Shown: positions 58,104 to 64,000 of the stretch, piece after piece
Layout: each line of letters starts with the position of its first letter
How positions within the stretch are numbered: position 1 is the first letter of the stretch
Origin: the human T2T-CHM13v2.0 reference genome, Homo sapiens
Strand: one strand, 5' to 3'
Length of the DNA stretch: 64,000 nucleotides
Assembly (NCBI RefSeq): GCF_009914755.1
Contig: NC_060934.1
Made by a program: the position numbers and the translations under genes
Notes under the pieces: generated by a model
The model's input: only the letters and a program-made list of their open reading frames with translations
What the model was told of the DNA's origin: nothing
Databases searched by the model: none

Positions 58104-59844
58104 CTACCTAACAAAACCCACTAATACCACTTTAAATCAGAATTTCGTGAAGGGTACGGCCTCATCTTGAGACATATTCTTTTTCATCCTCATATGCACA
58201 TTTGATTTCTCTACAATTGACACTGTTTATGAGACCTATTATATATTTTCGTAAGATCTTACCCTTCTTCTGTTATAGAAGTTGCTTGCAATTCTTGGTG
58301 TGATTAGACTGGGTTTCCTTCCCTAATGGATGGTGAGATTCATGGGGGCTAAGCTCTGTGAGCTTTGCTCGTGTTGCTGGAGTCTCAGCCACTGACACAG
58401 TGCAGGGCCTCAGTGAACACTGTTGCATGAACAGGTGCATGAGATGCTTCTTCACAAGGACGAAACAGGTACCTCCTGCCTTGAGTGATTTAAAGCATTT
58501 TAAGATATGCTTTGCTGCCTCTAGATATTTCTCTGGTTAGATCCCCACAAAGATACTGTAACATTAAGTTCTGGGACCATTTGAGAGCAAACTAGCTGCT
58601 CACAGATTCCTGAAAGAAATGCAAAACCTTTTCTCTGGCCCCAGGTACTCAGCTTACTTTTTTCCCCTTCATCTCTTTTTGCCTTGCCAACCTGGAAACC
58701 CCATGGAATTATTTGTCCCAGCTCTTATCTCTGAGGGTAGAACTCAATCACCACCCACCCTTAGTTTCTGTTTCTGCAGAGCCAATCACAATAGAATAGC
58801 AATAATTTGCATCTCCAAGCTTCTGTGACCTGGATGCATGGCATTTTCTGAGACTCTGGCCTCAAGGGTACACAGCTCCCCTGCAGGCTGCCCCTCTGAG
58901 TCCCTGCTGGGCTTCAGGCTGGACAGCTCTGCCTTCCTGGCCCTAGGGATATCCCTGTGATCGACATAGCTTGGCTTCAGTGAAAAAACACAAAGTGCCA
59001 GGTCTTTCACTTTGGTTTATTTTTTTCCCCTTCATTTGCAAACAGAAGAAAAACTATTTTACCCTTGCGTTTTATCAAAAGATACACATATATATGTTTT
59101 ATTTGACATATTTAAAGCAAGAGAATAGGATCACTTCTTCCCATAGCCTCTTAGCTTGTAGACAGGGCCTTTTTAAAAATATTCATGCATTTATAGATAT
59201 GTGGAAACACACAGCTACAACGACAGGTTTTTCAGTTCTCAGATTTTTTTTTTTTTCTAATCTGCCTCCAGCACTGGCCTAAGCCTTCCCAGAACCCCAA
59301 GTGAATATTACTGGAAGCCTCAGGAGAGAGTCTCCAGCTAGATCTGCATTTGTACAACTGTTGGGATTCTGCCTCCTTTTAGGTCTTAAATCAGCCATTG
59401 ACAGGTTTACAACATAAAGCCAAGAGGGAACTCTCTCAGGTATTCAAGCCTGGAAACAAGTAGAGATAAAAAAAGATAGTAGCATTTGAGGCAAACGCAC
59501 TGTCTTTAAGCTAGACTAGAGTACGTTTGGGTGAGTACTTTTCCAGGAGTTCTGTTAGCGATATGGGGAAGGCCAAATACTTTCAGAACTGCATGTTTCC
59601 TTCTTTGACCTTTATAAATAGGGAATATCCAAACAGGATGTTAAGGAGATTTCCTGTCAGCTGCAAATAAGCAAAAGGAATGGGATGGAAGGTTTTTATT
59701 CCTTAGTCCTCAACTTGTTCTTAGTCAGATATCTCTGCCCCCGTGATAAAGGCCCAAAGGGAAATTTCATCTTCTTGGTGTCGGGTTGGGGCCTGTGGTC
59801 TAGAAGTAGGTGGTGAGGTTAAAGAGAAACAGCCTTAAACTGTT

Positions 59845-60177
59845 TTCCCTTTCCTTCCTTCCTTCCTTCTTCCTTCCTTCCTTCCCTTCCCTTCCTCCCT
59901 CCTTTATTTTCCTTCCTTCCTCCTTCCTTCTCTCCCTCCCTCCCTCCTTTCTTTTCCTTCCTTCCTTCCCTCCCTCCCTCCCTCCTTTCTTTTCCTTCCT
60001 TCCTTCCCTCCCTCCCTCCTTTCTTTCCCTTCCTTCCTTCCTTCCCTCCTTCCCTCCCTTTCTTTCCCTTCCTTCCTTCCTTCCTTCCTTCCTTCCTTCC
60101 TTCCTTCCTTCCTTCCTTCCCTCCCTCCCTCTCTCCCTCCTTCCTTCTTTCCCTCCCTCCTTCCTTCCTTCCTTTTT
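59845..60177. repeat. (CCTT)n/(CCCT)n polypyrimidine microsatellite, ~330 bp
   Basis: Almost pure C/T tract. Confidence 0.97.
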
Positions 60178-62308
60178 GGCCACTCCTTGTTGTCCCCCAA
60201 ATCATCTTGTTCTTTTATTTTTGGAGGTGGTTGTTATTATTTATTGAAATCTGTAAGATCAAGAGCAGCATGTCAAAAGGGTTGCCTACTAGGTTATTTG
60301 ATTGAGATGACTTCAATATCCTGAACTCCTGTGTATTATTTTAGGAGAATGCACTGTTAATTATCAGCTAATAACTTATTTATTATGTACTTACTGTAAT
60401 GTTTGTTGAGCCCTGTAAGAAATATGTAAGTGAATAAAATCTAGTCCCTGCCTTCAAAAAACTTCAATTTAGGGAAGAAAAACAATACACATCTAAAAAG
60501 ATAACTGTACCAAGACAATTAGTACCATGTGTGGCCTAGACAGGGAGGCGTTTAAGGGCAGTGCTGGCATAACATGGCCCCTCGCAGCTCTGCTGACTAT
60601 TTTTTCTGTGCTTGTCATCACTGACAGTCTGTGGCCTGGAGCTTCTGTAGGAATGTTAATCATAAATACCAGGTTTCTGTTTGTAGCAAAGCTGTGAAAT
60701 TCAGCACTAGCAAGGTATTTCAAAGTTCCAGATGAAATCCCTTGAGGTAGCATGTGAAAAGGACCCATATTTGCTAAAGCGACTTGGAGTGAAAATCAAT
60801 GTCTGGCAAAAGATCCCCACTGGGTGAAGTATGGGAAGTGCTCTCTCGTCTCCCCTCTCTTTTATTCTCATTCCCTTTTTGTCTCATCTCTCCCTCATTT
60901 CCTCTGACCCTTTTGCTCATTTTAATAGCTTTCCCAGTCTAATTGGGATCCCCTGCAACAGAGGGGTCAGAAAAGGCTGGAAGAGAAAGGAGGGCTATTC
61001 TGAATGAGGAAGGCAGGATCCTATTACAGAGGCAATTTGCCCATAAGTGAAATTTCACGTCTAACAAATATACTTCCCTATTCCAAATTCACTCGATTAA
61101 AACTCAACTACATCATCTAACTGTACTCAGTGAAGTAGAGTAACTCTTGGGATATAATTTTGAGTGTTCTCATTATAATTGCTAAATCATAAAATGAGTC
61201 AATTCACACTGGGTCTGTAGAGCATTAATATCTAATAATGAAGTTCTACCATGGTGGGAATTCTACTCAGTTCTTCTTCTTCCAAGATATTTCCATTAAC
61301 CCTTGATGAACAAAATATATAGAGTCTCAAGGAGTCAGATTTTCTGGTTCTTTTGGATGCTCAATTAGTTTGTACAAGGTCATATTTAAGATGATTGGGC
61401 AAGGCTTTTGTAGGAGTGGAAAAGGCTGAAAGAATCATAGCAAAGCACAAGACAGGATGGTTGTGGGTGTGTGAGTTGGTTTGTTTTTATTTTAGAACTT
61501 TGAAGACAACATCATGGAGCAGAAAAAAGGGGACACAGGATAGGTATATACCTGCTGGAAAGGTATGACCTCTTGGGTTGGCTTTCGATAGGCAATTACA
61601 AGTGATAGAATTACATTGTAGAACTTTGAAATCTAGTTATGAGGCTGAAATACGTGGAAGTGAAATGTAAAATGTGACTCTTTTGACACCACTGATTATT
61701 GTTGCAGCTAAAATCTAATCCTCTTTTTGTTGGTGATACTATTTACATAGAGGTTGCTTTTCCCTACACATCTTTTTCTTATCATAGCTGTGGGATGAGT
61801 GTGATATTTTTTATTTAATAGTATAAACTCAGTGGTGATGTAGCTCCCAAATCCCCCGGGAAGGAGGTAGAAGCCTTAATCTACTCTACCTAAGTGGGTG
61901 AGTCATTCTCTGTGTCTCTAGTAATAGTTGTTTCCAGAGCTCTGGGCGTGGGAGAATACATAGTGATCTCAGGACAGGAAATGGCTAGCCCTCAACTGAA
62001 GCCATCATCACTGAAGGTGAAAAATCTTAACTTTAACAGTAGAAACCATGTGGTTGTCAGGTTTTCAGGAAAACAAAGAGGAGATTAAATGTGTGGGTGG
62101 CATGGGAAGGGTGAGTTGGTATGGGTTGGGAAAGGCAGCAACAACTTCATTTCCCTGAGCAGTTTCCATTGTAATCAATGTATTGGGTCAGCACCAACCT
62201 CTACCTGAGGTAAAATATTTAACGCATGTTTCTGTCAGCCTTGGAATATGCTTTGCCCTCTTAGGTTTATATTTGTGAGTTTGGGGTCTGGGTTAGGCCC
62301 AAAACTAG

Positions 62309-62644
<336 letters not shown>

Positions 62645-62952
62645 CTTCCATGAGTTTTATATCCAGCTACAGCCTCTGAGGACCCAATTATATGAAGTTT
62701 TCTGAACTGAAACAAAATTCAGGAGCGTGACCAGAGAAAAGGCTCCATTTTCCCCCTCACTGTTGCCCTAGTCCTGGGGAAATTAACATGGTGGACAGTT
62801 ATCTCTGACCTTCTCTCAGCAGTTGATTGTACAAAATGGGGGAGTAAGACATAACCACAGGTTCTCTTCCTGCAGAAAAGAAGCTGGAAATGGATCCTCT
62901 CTTTTATAAAAATATTCCACAATGACCAATGTGAAGCAGCATTATCGAGAGC

Positions 62953-63198
62953 ATGCATTCTCAGCAGGGGCGACTTACCCCTAAGGAGCAACAACTGCTC
63001 CTTGAGGATGGGGCAAAAAAAATATCAAATACTCAATGGTGCGTAGGCTTCCAGGGGTCCACAACACACAGCACTGCTACAGAGCACATCACCAGCGTTC
63101 AAATGTTATGGATTGTGTGGGGTTGCAATTAGGAAAAACGAAATCTCTGAAAAGGCTCTTTAAGGGTACCATAATTAAAGTATGGTTAAAAATCATTG
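62953..63198. mobile_element. Possible hAT-Charlie-type non-autonomous element
   Basis: Degenerate termini catgcattctca...ggggcga and atggttaaaaatcattg. Confidence 0.35.
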
Positions 63199-64000
63199 GT
63201 CCAGGGTAAGGTATGATTTTAGGAGCTGCAGGATTGATAGCTATTTGCGTACACTTCTCCATGGAGCATTGACACAATTCGTAACTTTTTCAAAAGAAAA
63301 TAGAATCCAGGAATTTTTGATATGGAAAGAGTTCAGTATCTAAAACTAACAGTAAGAAAAACCTTTTAAAAAATAATATCATCCTTGAGGCACAGGAGTC
63401 TTACTCTCTCTGAAGTATTCCCTCAAGTACATTTAAAAAAAAAGGACAATGTTCAGATCCAAGAGGCTGGACAGAAACAAGTGCCTGTAATTATTCCTGA
63501 TACGTTAATCCTGAAGATGAACGTGAGCTGTCTTGGTATCTATGGGAAAAAGATCCATTATCTAGTACATAGTTCTGTGTGGGTTTCTGAAAGTGGACAC
63601 ATTTTACTCTGGATCTAGTCTTTTAAACTACATACTGGTAAATGTTGACAATTGAGAACACTGCTTCTGTTTTGTAATGTAGTATAACCCAAGAGATTTG
63701 TCTGTATTTATAGAAGTTCTTTTCAGAGGTAACCAAATCAAACTCTTTAAAAATATTGCCATTTGCATTTCCGTGATTTTAATTAATTTAGTTTAGTATT
63801 ATCTGTCTGTTTTTTATTGGATAATCTTGATATACAATATTCAGTTTTACTCACCATCTATTATTTTGATTGCACAGAATAATGAAATTATGTTATTTTT
63901 AAGTATATTCAAAAACCTTTGTTTAGAAATTATTATATTTTTATAAGAAGGTGTTAATTGTTTGGTTCTTATTAAAACCTAGTAGTCATTTATAGAAAAA

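Noticed and set aside
59800-60247. Arg/Lys/Glu/Gly-rich and Leu/Pro/Ser/Phe-rich ORFs
   Set aside because: Translations of the (CCTT)n microsatellite

Overview
Primate (human-like) nuclear DNA with no intact protein-coding gene; all ORFs in the track are explained by Alu, L1, LTR or simple repeats, or by one vomeronasal type-1 receptor (V1R/VN1R-family) pseudogene at 6525-7486 (+). The left ~47 kb is an AT-rich, L1-saturated V1R-cluster-like domain with many AluY/AluS copies and a MER11 solo LTR. It carries layered rearrangements: a >=4.2-kb ancient direct duplication (1-4210 vs 40558-44743, about 85-90% identical by eye), an 8.65-kb foreign block (31909-40557) that splits one L1 almost base-precisely, and a much older ~0.8-kb non-repeat paralogy (9330-10125 vs 14335-15170). 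From ~47.2 kb the sequence becomes ordinary MIR/L2/MER5-type euchromatin. The most unusual element is an Alu insertion (54574-55136) whose target-site duplications also enclose a direct copy of DNA from 2 kb upstream, a snap-back linker and an inverted copy of adjacent DNA, i.e. a record of serial template switching. I see no evidence for a new protein-based system. I cannot name the locus. Repeat subfamily calls are from recalled consensus motifs, not from a RepeatMasker run.
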